This document shows positions 27,124 through 36,493 of a stretch of DNA of 38,989 nucleotides, in pieces; position 1 is the first letter of the stretch; every line of letters begins with the position of its first letter. Under the pieces are notes generated by a model. That model was not told the DNA's origin and did no database searches. It saw only the letters and a program-made list of their open reading frames with translations. The stretch is from Thermofilaceae archaeon (lineage in GTDB: Archaea > Thermoproteota > Thermoprotei > Thermofilales > Thermofilaceae). The position numbers were made by a program, and so were the translations under genes. The DNA is taken from positions 1 to 38,989 of the forward strand of contig JAWCCZ010000007.1 in the NCBI GenBank assembly GCA_038861545.1. Reading direction: 5' to 3'.

Positions 27124-28479
27124 TCAAGCACCAACCCCTTTTCTCCGCTTACTCGAAGCCTTTACCTCCTTTGTACCAGAAGTTACAACTTCATAGAGGA
27201 TCGCCCGTTTCCCCTCTTTTGGCCTAAGTATCCGGCCTAGTCTTTGCACAAATTCTCTTCCACTCCCGCTTCCACTCAATATAACTGCCACATTAGCATC
27301 TGGAACGTCTACTCCTTCCTCCAACACTTTGCTCGTGACGAGTGTGGTGATCCGTCCTTCCTTGAACATCGACATCAATGTTTTCCTTTCCTCATCTGGG
27401 GTCCTATACGTAATCTCCGGTACGAGGAAATGTGAGGATACTGCTCTAACAACATCGCTATGTTCAGTGAAGATCAAAACCTTATCCCCCCTATGCTTCG
27501 CTAGAATATCCCGGAGAATGTCCAGCTTCATTGAAGCATGCAATGCAATTCTTCTAGCCCTATACCATGAGAGGAGCGCCTCTCTTGCCTCCGGATCCTT
27601 TACGCTCAAAGCTGCCAGCTTCTCGAAATCCTTAGGGCCTCTCATTCTTAGTCTCTTTTTCCTGAGAAAAGCACGGTAGATTGACGTAAGTTTAGCATAC
27701 TCTTCTCTCTCACTTTCGGACATGTTTACATATAGCCTTACAATGTCGAACTCCGCTAACCACTTACCCGCCAGCTCCCTCGCATACTTTCTGTAAACGA
27801 CTGGACCAACTAGGTAGGGTAGGTCGAGATGAAGCTCGTCTTCGCGCTCCGGAGTCGCCGTTAAACCCATCCTGAATGGAGCCGCCGAGAACTCAGCGAT
27901 TTGCCTGTAACCGGGGCTTGGCAAATGGTGTACTTCATCAAGGATTATCAACTCGAACTTATTGCCGAGCCTTTCCACATTAATGTAGGCAGAGTCGTAA
28001 GTTGCAATCGTTACACAACTCAGCTCTCTTTCTCCCCCTCCATACCTAGACGGTGTTAACCCAAGATGACGTTTAACTACTTCCTCCCACTGGTCTATAA
28101 GCTCCAACGTGGGCACCACAATAAGAGCGGGCACGCCGAGTTCGGCTATTGCTGCTATAGCCACCAGAGTTTTCCCGGCGCCCGTCGGTAGAACTATAAC
28201 ACCCCTTCCCTCACGCTTCCAAGCCTCCAGAGCCTCTCTTTGGTAATCCCTTAGAAGGGGTAAATGCGCTTCCGGGAATCGACATACAGGTAATTGGAAC
28301 ACGTTGTCTTCGAACTGCACGCCTATGAACTTGAGTGTTTCAATGATCCAGCGGTACTGTATTGCTAGGCTCCTGTAACACTTCACCCTTGGATCGTACT
28401 TGAAGAACCCAGCCGCTAAAGGCGGAGGTAATCCTCCTCTTAGCAGTAAAGTGCCGGCGTCCCACTCTAACTTTAGCAT
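27124..28479 (-). CDS. xpb: XPB/Rad25-like SF2 helicase
   Basis: LRDYQ, LPTGAGKT, DEVHH, GLTATPER, EGVDVP, QRLGRILR; paired with bax1. Confidence 0.92.
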   Translation of the reverse strand: MLKLEWDAGTLLLRGGLPPPLAAGFFKYDPRVKCYRSLAIQYRWIIETLKFIGVQFEDNVFQLPVCRFPEAHLPLLRDYQREALEAWKREGRGVIVLPTGAGKTLVAIAAIAELGVPALIVVPTLELIDQWEEVVKRHLGLTPSRYGGGERELSCVTIATYDSAYINVERLGNKFELIILDEVHHLPSPGYRQIAEFSAAPFRMGLTATPEREDELHLDLPYLVGPVVYRKYARELAGKWLAEFDIVRLYVNMSESEREEYAKLTSIYRAFLRKKRLRMRGPKDFEKLAALSVKDPEAREALLSWYRARRIALHASMKLDILRDILAKHRGDKVLIFTEHSDVVRAVSSHFLVPEITYRTPDEERKTLMSMFKEGRITTLVTSKVLEEGVDVPDANVAVILSGSGSGREFVQRLGRILRPKEGKRAILYEVVTSGTKEVKASSKRRKGVGA

Positions 28480-28553
28480 CTAGTTCAGTAAGCACGGGGT
28501 TAAATATCATTTTACACCCGAAAAGTTAATTTCATCTGCGGAAAAGAATATTT

Positions 28554-29540
28554 ATGGAACAAGTTTACGACGTAGTTATAGTTGGAGCTGGTATCGCCGG
28601 CTTGACCGCGGCCCTTTACACGTCTAGGCAAGGTCTGAAAACCCTTGTCATTGGAGCAGACTTGGGCGGCCAGCTCTTGCTGGCCTCCGAGATACAGAAC
28701 TTCCCTGGTTTCGAGAGCATAAGGGGTTTCGAGCTAATCAGGAGAGTAGAATCCCAGGCTAGATTGTACGGGGTCGAAGTGATCTTCGATGAAGTTTCAG
28801 AGCTTCGTAAAGAGGGAAATTTTTTCGTGGTTAAGTGCTCAAGCGGTGAATTCAAGGGTCTCGCACTGGTATTGGCATGCGGTAAAGCTCCTAAGGAGCT
28901 TGGAGTCCCTGGGGAAAGGGGGCTGAGAGGTAAGGGTGTTTCCTACTGCGTTGTTTGCGATGCACCGCTGTTTAAGGGAAGGGATGTTGCGCTGATAAGC
29001 TGGGGTCAGCATGGGCTCGAGGCGGCTAACACGCTTGCGAGCCACGCAAGGAGAGTCTACTGGGTTTTTCCCAGTGAGAAACCATACGAGGATGAAGACG
29101 CTATTGGAGCTTTGCTATCGCGCGGGAACGTAGAGCTTGTGCCGCGGGCTAAACCACTCGCCGTAAAAGGTGAACGTAAGGTTGAAGCCCTAACGGTGGA
29201 GTTAGCTTCAGGGAGTAAGAAAGAGTTGCCGGTTGATGGGGTATTCGTAGAGATAGGCTATGAGCCGAGAACCGGCTTCCTGAAGGGCTTCATTGAGTTG
29301 AACGAGAAGGGCGAGGTAGTAGTCGATAAAGAGTGTAGATCATCAATGCCCGGAGTGTTCGCGGCGGGTGATGTAACGGATCTCTCTTACAAGCAGGCCG
29401 TTATCGCGGCGGGAATGGGGGCTACGGCCGCGTTATCCGCGTACAGGTATGTTATGGAGCTGAAGGGTAAAAAGGTTGTATCGATCGGTGATTGGAGGCA
29501 TTTCAAACGTGAGGGAAGCTTAACGTTAAAGCTTGGGTAG
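28554..29540 (+). CDS. trxB: Thioredoxin reductase-like flavoprotein
   Basis: GAGIAG FAD motif, GKGVSYCVVCDAP redox centre, GVFAAGDVT, KQAVIAAG.G. Confidence 0.88.
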   Translation: MEQVYDVVIVGAGIAGLTAALYTSRQGLKTLVIGADLGGQLLLASEIQNFPGFESIRGFELIRRVESQARLYGVEVIFDEVSELRKEGNFFVVKCSSGEFKGLALVLACGKAPKELGVPGERGLRGKGVSYCVVCDAPLFKGRDVALISWGQHGLEAANTLASHARRVYWVFPSEKPYEDEDAIGALLSRGNVELVPRAKPLAVKGERKVEALTVELASGSKKELPVDGVFVEIGYEPRTGFLKGFIELNEKGEVVVDKECRSSMPGVFAAGDVTDLSYKQAVIAAGMGATAALSAYRYVMELKGKKVVSIGDWRHFKREGSLTLKLG

Positions 29541-29655
29541 CTTAAACCCTAGCCCGATTTAGACATAGCTAAGTGAATACTGGATAAAACGTAAAACGGT
29601 GTCGTAACCTTTGAGAGGCTTTCGCCCTAAAAGGGCTAACAAAAGGTGGTATAGG

Positions 29656-29676
29656 GGGGATTATTAAGGAATCCCC
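29656..29676. terminator. Hairpin between convergent trxB and vapC
   Basis: GGGGATT-N7-AATCCCC inverted repeat. Confidence 0.3.
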
Positions 29677-29702
29677 TAAGTGATCGTAAGAATATAACTC
29701 CT

Positions 29703-30149
29703 TTATAGATGGGCTTCAAGGAATTCATCCTCTAGGATTACTGTATTTGGTCTCTTTTCCCCAACTTTTTCCAAGAACTCGACTAAGTCTCTATCTCTGG
29801 TAAGCATCTTAAGGTTATTTTCTAGTGAAGTAGTGTAGAGTAGGAGGTCTATTAGATCCCTGAAACCCTTGGATTTAAGTTCCAGGGCTCTTAGATAAGA
29901 TCGCGTTGTGGGAAAAGCTTCTTTAAAATTCTCCATTATAGAGTTAAGCCCAGCCTCCACTATCTCTAAATCATACTTCAACTTGCTCAACTTACCTAAT
30001 ATCTCAAGAATGTTGAAGTGCGTGTAGTATATTTCGATGGCATTTAACCTGTAAAGATTCTCTAATACCTGTAAAACTTTGTCAACGCTACTGACTGAAA
30101 CGCCCAATATTGGGAGGAGATACGTTGAATCAACAAGTATTCTCTCCAT
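29703..30149 (-). CDS. vapC: PIN-domain toxin, VapC family
   Basis: ILVDSTYL, E, DLIDLLLY, LTRD acidic PIN motifs. ATG at 30149 is preferred and overlaps the antitoxin 3' end. Confidence 0.88.
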   Translation of the reverse strand: MERILVDSTYLLPILGVSVSSVDKVLQVLENLYRLNAIEIYYTHFNILEILGKLSKLKYDLEIVEAGLNSIMENFKEAFPTTRSYLRALELKSKGFRDLIDLLLYTTSLENNLKMLTRDRDLVEFLEKVGEKRPNTVILEDEFLEAHL

Positions 30150-30384
30150 GGAATATATCCTCCTGCATCTTTTCAGATTCTCTCTCAAATTCCTCGAATG
30201 TAGTTGAACCGAATTTAGGCCCCTTTAAAGCTAGCCAAAATGGGTCTTTAACAACCTCGATCACAAGTTTACCCTCTTTAACATCCATTTTCAGTAGTGA
30301 CCCCTCCCTGATCCCGAGAGCTTCAGCTATGGACTTAGGGATATAAAGGGTATTCTTCTTACTAACCCTAGTCTTAACACCCAT
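30130..30384 (-). CDS. vapB: AbrB/MazE-type antitoxin, VapB family
   Basis: RVSKK..LYIPK.IAEALGIREGS...V..GKLVIE swapped-hairpin motif; upstream of the PIN gene. Confidence 0.88.
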   Translation of the reverse strand: MGVKTRVSKKNTLYIPKSIAEALGIREGSLLKMDVKEGKLVIEVVKDPFWLALKGPKFGSTTFEEFERESEKMQEDIFHGENTC

Positions 30385-30387
30385 GTT

Positions 30388-30456
30388 TAAATCCCAGATA
30401 AAATTCCATTTCTCAGATATTTAAATTAATCCCAGGAATTCACATTTTCTCAGATA
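30388..30456. promoter_or_regulatory. vapBC promoter with imperfect direct repeats (probable autoregulatory operator)
   Basis: AATCCCAG...AATTC..ATTTCTCAGATA-like unit present twice, flanking ATTTAAAT (30419-30426). Confidence 0.5.
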
Positions 30457-30595
30457 GTCTAGAACTCCTATGTCGGATTACGCAAGGTTAAAGAAGGCAC
30501 GGTAATCATCTCGAAATCGCTGGTCTCCTTTTATTTATACAATGTTCCAGTGATCCAAGATATTCGAGATATATAGGTTTAAAAATGAAGGAACT

Positions 30596-31636
30596 CTAGC
30601 AGATTCTAGGCACGAGCTCGCCTGTAGGTTGCTCGAGTATGCGATGTCCGCCAACTTCGGTCCTGTACAGAACGAAGCCCCTGTACTCTCCTCCTTCTCG
30701 CACTTCTCCAATGATCCGAGCGTCCGGAAAACCTACTTCTACCAAATCGTTTAAAACTTCCTCTGAAACCCCTCTCTCAACACCCAGCACAGCGGTTCCT
30801 TCGCTAGCGAGGTAGAGGGGATCAAGACCGAGCAGTTCAGCGTAGCTGCGTACTGCCGGCCTTACCGGGATTCTATCCCCCTCCACCACGATCACAGTCC
30901 CCGTCTTCTTCGCCCACTCGTTCAGAACTGCGGCTAATCCGCCCCGCGTTGGGTCCCTAGCGGCTCGAATACTCCCACCCCATTTTTCGAAAACCTTCAG
31001 CAGGGGGGTTAAGGGTTTAACATCGCTTTTCAAATCCCCGCTTCCAACCTCCAACCCCTGCTGCAGAGCTAGTATCGTTGCACCGTGATCGCCAAGGTAT
31101 CCAGTAACAATTATCTTATCCCCCCCTCTCAGGTTAGCGTCCACGATCGGGCATTCAGTAACACCGACGCACGTTGTAGATATAACCAGCGAGTCAAGCG
31201 AGCCCTGCGGCATTACTTTCAGATCGCCGCCGAGAAGCACCACCCCCTCGGATCTAAGGACGTTCAGAAACGATTCGAACACAGCTTCCAGGGTCTCCGA
31301 GTCAACTCCTTCAGCCGCTACTATAGTATCTAAGATCGCGACGGGTTTCCCGCCCATCATCACGACATCGTTAATCGAACCGCAAGCCGCAAGTTTACCG
31401 ATATCGCCTCCCGGGAAGAACGTCGGTTTCACTGTATACGCATCCGCTGTTAACACGAGATGCCGCCCATCAGGCATTGGGATCGTTGCGCCGTCATCAG
31501 CAACCTTCAACCCCACTCCGCCCATAGTGGATAAGCGATCCTCAACCCTGGAGAACACTAGCCATTCGAGTAACTCCTCCATTTCCCGCCCACCAGCGCC
31601 GTGCGCTAAAGTCAACCTCCATCCCTTGTTACTCAT
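30596..31636 (-). CDS. hypE: Hydrogenase maturation carbamoyl dehydratase HypE
   Basis: LAHGAGG, FFPGGDIGKLA, GGDLKV, RDPTRGGLA, C-terminal PRIC. ATG at 31636 is preferred over 31696. Confidence 0.95.
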   Translation of the reverse strand: MSNKGWRLTLAHGAGGREMEELLEWLVFSRVEDRLSTMGGVGLKVADDGATIPMPDGRHLVLTADAYTVKPTFFPGGDIGKLAACGSINDVVMMGGKPVAILDTIVAAEGVDSETLEAVFESFLNVLRSEGVVLLGGDLKVMPQGSLDSLVISTTCVGVTECPIVDANLRGGDKIIVTGYLGDHGATILALQQGLEVGSGDLKSDVKPLTPLLKVFEKWGGSIRAARDPTRGGLAAVLNEWAKKTGTVIVVEGDRIPVRPAVRSYAELLGLDPLYLASEGTAVLGVERGVSEEVLNDLVEVGFPDARIIGEVREGGEYRGFVLYRTEVGGHRILEQPTGELVPRIC

Positions 31637-31792
31637 AACCCTCAAGCTAATCTCCAAACAGGTGTTTAAGTTTTCACCTGCTTTTGAGTTTTTCAAAAGG
31701 AAGTCATTATCGACTCAATACCGGCTCTGCTACTAGACTACCATTATGGAAGGTAGTCAGTCTCATACAGCGCGTCCGGTCGCAGATCAAGA

Positions 31793-33295
31793 CTACCACG
31801 ACCATTTCCTGAATAAGGGTCTAAGCAACCCGTAAGCTTCCAAGAACTTCTCGTATAAATCGCTGTAAACTTTCGCCATAGCTTCATCGGGTTGTATCGT
31901 ATCCTCCTCGCCGACACTCCAATCCAGTTCACGGATATCATTTACAGCTCCTAAAGCTACAAGGGAGAGAGCTGCGGCTCCTTTATTCGACGCATACTCA
32001 CCGCCCTTAACCCTAACTAAGGGTCGCCTAGTAGCGCTGGCGATAATCTTCGCCCAAAGCCTCGATTTAAGACCCCCGCCCCCTCCAATCAAGCGGACTG
32101 GCGAAATACCGTTATCTTCCAGCGCTGCGAGTATCGCCTTCAGCACCATAGCCACCCCCTCCATCAAAGCTCTGATCATATGCCCTTTCCCATGAACGTA
32201 GCGGAGACCTAGCAGGACACCGCTCGCGAAAGGATCTCTAAAAGGGAAACGCTCACCGGCCATGAAAGGTAGGAACACTAACCCTCCAGCTCCAACCGGT
32301 GCACGCTCGGCCTCGGCAACAAGTAAATCGTAAGGGTCTAAATCGAGGTTCTCCGCAACTGTTTTTTCGAACCCCCCAAAAGTGTCCCTAAACCATCTAA
32401 GCACAGATCCGCCGTTGTTTGTGCTACCCCCTAGGGACCAGCGCCCAGCAGCTGCGTAGTAGCAGAACATTCTCATACCCTTCGAGTCGATGACAGGCTC
32501 CTTGCTAAGCAGCCTGAGAACAGCTGTGGTGCCCAGATTCACCACTGCTGTGTCGAAGCTTTCGGCCGTATAGCCGAAGTTCTGGCCCGCGCCATCGAAA
32601 GTCCCCGGCACTAAGGGTGTCCCAGGTTTCACACTGAAAAGCTCAGCGCCTTTGCCTTGTAGCTCGCATAAAATTTTTGCGCCTTCTACAGGGGTCGCCA
32701 ACTCGTCCTCCCCGATTCCGGCGATCTCGAGCGCAAGGTTATCCCACCTCAGGCTCCGAATATTAAAAAGCTGGGAGCCGGAAGCGTTACCGTAATCCAC
32801 GTAAGGCTCACCGACAGCTTTCATTACCACAAAGTCCTTCACTAAGAGGAAGCGCCTAGCGCGGTTAGCTATGTCAGGTCTTTCCCTCTTGAGCCAGAGT
32901 ATCTTAGGTAACGCGTACACGAAAAGAGGAGGACATCCAGTCCTCTTGTAAAGTTCGAAGGAATCGCAGGCTTCCTCCACCGTGGCTACGTAAGGGCCGG
33001 ATCTGATATCCATGTGTGTCAGCGTACTGTAAACCGGCTCGCCACTCCCATCGACTGGTAGTAAACCGTGTTGGTAGCATGTTAAAGCCACAGCATCGAC
33101 GTCGAGACCTTTAACGGCAAGCCGAGCCGTCTCGGTAACCGCCGCCAGTATCTCGTACGGTGAATGCTCCGCCGCCCCTTTCTCCCTGGTGATTAAGCGT
33201 AGCTCCCGGGTTGCAGCTTTAACTAAGCTTCCTTTCTCGTCTACTACTGTAGCTTTAACATTTGTGGTTCCAATGTCGACGGCGAGCACCTTCAC
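31793..33295 (-). CDS. FGGY family carbohydrate kinase (gluconokinase/xylulokinase-like)
   Basis: AVDIGTTNVKA, Y.RTGCP, PKILWLK, LGTTAV.R, FLPFMAGERFP, RALMEGVA. Confidence 0.9.
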   Translation of the reverse strand: MKVLAVDIGTTNVKATVVDEKGSLVKAATRELRLITREKGAAEHSPYEILAAVTETARLAVKGLDVDAVALTCYQHGLLPVDGSGEPVYSTLTHMDIRSGPYVATVEEACDSFELYKRTGCPPLFVYALPKILWLKRERPDIANRARRFLLVKDFVVMKAVGEPYVDYGNASGSQLFNIRSLRWDNLALEIAGIGEDELATPVEGAKILCELQGKGAELFSVKPGTPLVPGTFDGAGQNFGYTAESFDTAVVNLGTTAVLRLLSKEPVIDSKGMRMFCYYAAAGRWSLGGSTNNGGSVLRWFRDTFGGFEKTVAENLDLDPYDLLVAEAERAPVGAGGLVFLPFMAGERFPFRDPFASGVLLGLRYVHGKGHMIRALMEGVAMVLKAILAALEDNGISPVRLIGGGGGLKSRLWAKIIASATRRPLVRVKGGEYASNKGAAALSLVALGAVNDIRELDWSVGEEDTIQPDEAMAKVYSDLYEKFLEAYGLLRPLFRKWSW

Positions 33296-33427
33296 AACAA
33301 GAAAATCGGGAAGGTGGCAATATAGCTTTACGATACCCCCGCTTAACTCGTATATACACGGTATAAGCGAGGCATAGCGTATAGGCTATCTAAAGCTGTT
33401 TCTACTCGTCACTACGCTTACCGGCGC

Positions 33428-34024
33428 CTAGCCTAAAAGGGCTTCGATGATCAGCTGGCAGAACTCTGGTAAGTCGTCCGGCACTCTACCGGTGATCAAG
33501 TTCCCATCCCTTAGAGCGGGTGCATCCTCGAAAAGAGCGCCAGCGTTTATCAAGTCATCCATCACCGCCTTGTAGGCGGTCACCCTCTTACCCTTCACCA
33601 GACCAGCTGAGATCAATACTTGTGGCCCGTGGCAGATAGCCGCGATAATCTTACCTGCCTCGTACATCGCTTTAACAAGCCTAAGCACCCTCTCGTCAAT
33701 CCGCAGGTGATCTGGCGAGAAACCACCCGGTATGATCAGCGCATCAAACTCCTCTGGTTTCACATTTTCGATTTCCTCGACTACGTAACGCGTCCCCAGC
33801 CCAAACACTTCTAATGGGACTGGTGTACCATAGCGGCCGGTAACCGGCTTACCGGGGATAGCGGGACGCGGATGCAACCCCACTTTAACCGGGATTATGA
33901 CGACTTCTGCCCCTTCCTCGCTTAACCTCAGGAACGGGTAAAGCAACTCCACGTCCTCAAACTCGTATGAAACAATAATTGCAACCCGTTTACCTTTCAA
34001 GCGAGTACCCGGCCCTGTCCTCAT
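33428..34024 (-). CDS. pfpI: PfpI/DJ-1 family protein
   Basis: FEDVEL..P, IPGGFSPD, AAICHGP nucleophile elbow, DGNLIT.R.PDDLP.F. Confidence 0.9.
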   Translation of the reverse strand: MRTGPGTRLKGKRVAIIVSYEFEDVELLYPFLRLSEEGAEVVIIPVKVGLHPRPAIPGKPVTGRYGTPVPLEVFGLGTRYVVEEIENVKPEEFDALIIPGGFSPDHLRIDERVLRLVKAMYEAGKIIAAICHGPQVLISAGLVKGKRVTAYKAVMDDLINAGALFEDAPALRDGNLITGRVPDDLPEFCQLIIEALLG

Positions 34025-34109
34025 AATAATACGAATGGAAATTTCAGTAAAAACGTTAACGCCCTCCTTTACCGCTTTTTCGCTCTAAGAGGGGTGTGGT
34101 TTTTACCCC

Positions 34110-34157
34110 CCAGCCGAAGCGTGAATCATCCTCGGCAGGCTGCAAGTGGCTCACCGC
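34110..34157 (-). ncRNA. Possible divergent box C/D sRNA
   Basis: The - strand reads GCGGTGA-gccacttgcagcctg-CCGA-GGATGA-ttcacgcttcgg-CTGG; spacing is canonical but the C and D boxes deviate from consensus. Confidence 0.35.
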
Positions 34158-34215
34158 ACAACAGTAGTATTTAAGCGGAAGGATTTTATTTAGGATCAGT
34201 TCTTTTAACTTGTGT

Positions 34216-36366
34216 ATGGCTAAGGGTCAAGTCGAGGTGATTACGGCTTTATTGATGAGCGTTGTACTAATGGCTGGCTTCGCTGTTCTCTGGATGTGGT
34301 TATACCCAAGCTACATGGCGTGGGAGCAGGAGGCCGCGAGAACAGCTCTCAAAGCTAGAGCAGCAGCTGCGGAGCAAGCGGTGTTGGAGCGCATTAAACC
34401 TCAAGGCGAAGCCTTAAGCCTAACTGTAGTTAACACGGGTAGCATAGAAGTTACTGTTGCCGCCGTATACGTTAACGAGAGCATGGTCTGGAGCGGGGAG
34501 CTGAAGCTGCCAGCGGGCGCAAGTAGTAGTCTCAGCCTACCCTCCCAAGGCGAGGGGATTTATAACGTTAAGCTGTGTACTACTAGGGGGAATTGCTGGA
34601 CTTTCATAGAGCAGGTGGGTTCTTCCACTCAACCCTCTAGCGTTACTCTAACCGTAGGTGTATCCCCGCCAGACGGCGGAAGGGTAACTGTACGCCTCCC
34701 TGACGGCAGCGAGTACCTGATTCCTCCAACAAGAGTTTTTGTCTTACCGGGTGGAGCGCAGGTCACGGCAACAGCTGAGCCAAACCCCGGTTACACGTTC
34801 ACGCACTGGACCCCTTCTGGCGATACAAACCCGACGATCACATTCACTATTACAAGCCCCATGACGCTTACGGCTAATTTCGAGATAACAGAGTACTCCT
34901 TATTCGCGATAACCGATTATACATCATCGCTCAGCGGCACGCCTGGCGCTCAAGCTCAAATTTCAGTTACTGTAAGCAATCTAGCCAGCGTTGGAGGTAC
35001 GGCTCGAGTTGAAGTCTATGATCACACGGGTAGCTTAATCGGCAACAAGTTGCTCAGCATACCTTCGAGTAGCTCAGTATCAACGCTTTTTAACGTAAAT
35101 TTACCTAATCAAGCTGGAGACTACGAGTGGCGGGTAAAGGTTTTCAACGTTGAGAAGGGTAGCTATGACGACGATAAACCCATCCACGTAAACGTTTACG
35201 TGGAGCCTCCCAAGTTCAATATCGTAGATTACAACGCTACGGTAACTGGTTTAATCGGTTCGAAAGTAAGGCTCGTGGCGATTCTCAACAACACCGGCGG
35301 CCAAGGAGGAGAAGTAGAAGTTAGAGTCTTCGACGATGGTAACCTACTGAATAGCACCAGGGTTGTGATAGATAAAGGCTCTATAAAGCAAGTAGTACTC
35401 ACAGTTAACCTACCTCCGTTGAAGGGCGTGTACGCGTGGAGCTTAAAAGCGTATAACGTATACACCGGCGGCTACGATGATAGCAAGACTATTCAGGTAA
35501 CAGTCATAGATTTAACGAGGCAAAGCCGAACAGCTTTTCTCTATAATAGCTTTGAATCAATGCCCAGCGATTGGGTTATCTTAGGCGGGTCGTGGAGTAT
35601 TTCTGGAAGCGGCTGGAAAGGCAGCTGCTTGCAAGGGGTTGATACGAGCAACGCAGGCGGGACCCCCGGGTTGGGCATATACTACTGGCAGAAGAGTTTT
35701 CGGGATTACGCGCCCAACGCTTTCCAAGCTATAGTTAAGCTGGGGAACGTGCAACCCAATGATAGAGTATACAGGGGTTACGGTTTGCTGGAGGGAACTA
35801 CCACAACGACCCGGTTATACGAGTTAGCCGTGTACGTGTCGAGTGCAGCTAATATTCAGATAAGGATCTCAAGAGTTACCCCTACGGGGCGAACAAACGT
35901 AGCAAGCGTAACTACAGGGTATGTTTCGCAGTGGTACACGCTATACTTGAGTTACGCTAGCTCCAGTTCAGGTAACGGTTTCTACCTAGCGCTATACGAT
36001 CGTGATGGAGTGTTGTTAACAACGTTAACTAGGACAGATGCCACATTCCAGCCAAACTATATAGCTCTCACGACAGACCGGCTCAACTACATATCGCTTT
36101 TCGACGAGCTGGTGGTTGCTACAAGCGACCCGAGAATAGTCTCGGTTAAAGGTTTACAGCAAGGCTGGGTAGTGGAGCTGTGGGAGGGTAGCGTGCTCAG
36201 AGCTAGTGGAACAGCGGGAACCGATGGAGCAGTCGACCTCAATGTTTTACAATACCCGATAATAAATAACGGCATGTTCGTGATCAAGGATCAGCAAGGT
36301 AGGGAAATCCTCCGCAAAGTCTTTGACATGGTAGTAGGAGGTGATGCTTACCTATGCGATCCATAA
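34216..36366 (+). CDS. Large type IV pilin-like surface protein with class III signal peptide and multiple beta-sandwich domains
   Basis: MAKG|QVEVITALL plus hydrophobic helix; archaeal pilin-like V.NTG...V.V.AVYVN; PNPGYTFTHW...TLTANF repeat domain; two CARDB/Ig-like repeats; aromatic beta-rich C-terminal domain. Confidence 0.78.
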   Translation: MAKGQVEVITALLMSVVLMAGFAVLWMWLYPSYMAWEQEAARTALKARAAAAEQAVLERIKPQGEALSLTVVNTGSIEVTVAAVYVNESMVWSGELKLPAGASSSLSLPSQGEGIYNVKLCTTRGNCWTFIEQVGSSTQPSSVTLTVGVSPPDGGRVTVRLPDGSEYLIPPTRVFVLPGGAQVTATAEPNPGYTFTHWTPSGDTNPTITFTITSPMTLTANFEITEYSLFAITDYTSSLSGTPGAQAQISVTVSNLASVGGTARVEVYDHTGSLIGNKLLSIPSSSSVSTLFNVNLPNQAGDYEWRVKVFNVEKGSYDDDKPIHVNVYVEPPKFNIVDYNATVTGLIGSKVRLVAILNNTGGQGGEVEVRVFDDGNLLNSTRVVIDKGSIKQVVLTVNLPPLKGVYAWSLKAYNVYTGGYDDSKTIQVTVIDLTRQSRTAFLYNSFESMPSDWVILGGSWSISGSGWKGSCLQGVDTSNAGGTPGLGIYYWQKSFRDYAPNAFQAIVKLGNVQPNDRVYRGYGLLEGTTTTTRLYELAVYVSSAANIQIRISRVTPTGRTNVASVTTGYVSQWYTLYLSYASSSSGNGFYLALYDRDGVLLTTLTRTDATFQPNYIALTTDRLNYISLFDELVVATSDPRIVSVKGLQQGWVVELWEGSVLRASGTAGTDGAVDLNVLQYPIINNGMFVIKDQQGREILRKVFDMVVGGDAYLCDP
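34903..35506 (+). repeat. Two tandem ~104-aa Ig/CARDB-like repeats within the pilin-like protein
   Basis: F.I.DY...G......N....GG...V.V.D..G.L...VNLP...G.Y.W..K..NV..G.YDD.K.I.V.V begins at 34903 and again at 35215. Confidence 0.85.
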
Positions 36367-36493
36367 ACTCCAGATAACCATTCTCAAAATCTCACGGATC
36401 CTTTTCGAATTTACTTTCACCGTCCCCGAGCCTGAAGAACGCTTAAACTGATACTCTCCTCGCATGCTCTAGCCGAACGGAGGACTGAAGGTA

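Noticed and set aside
25713-28479. Novel helicase-nuclease defence system
   Set aside because: It matches the well-described archaeal XPB-Bax1 repair pair.
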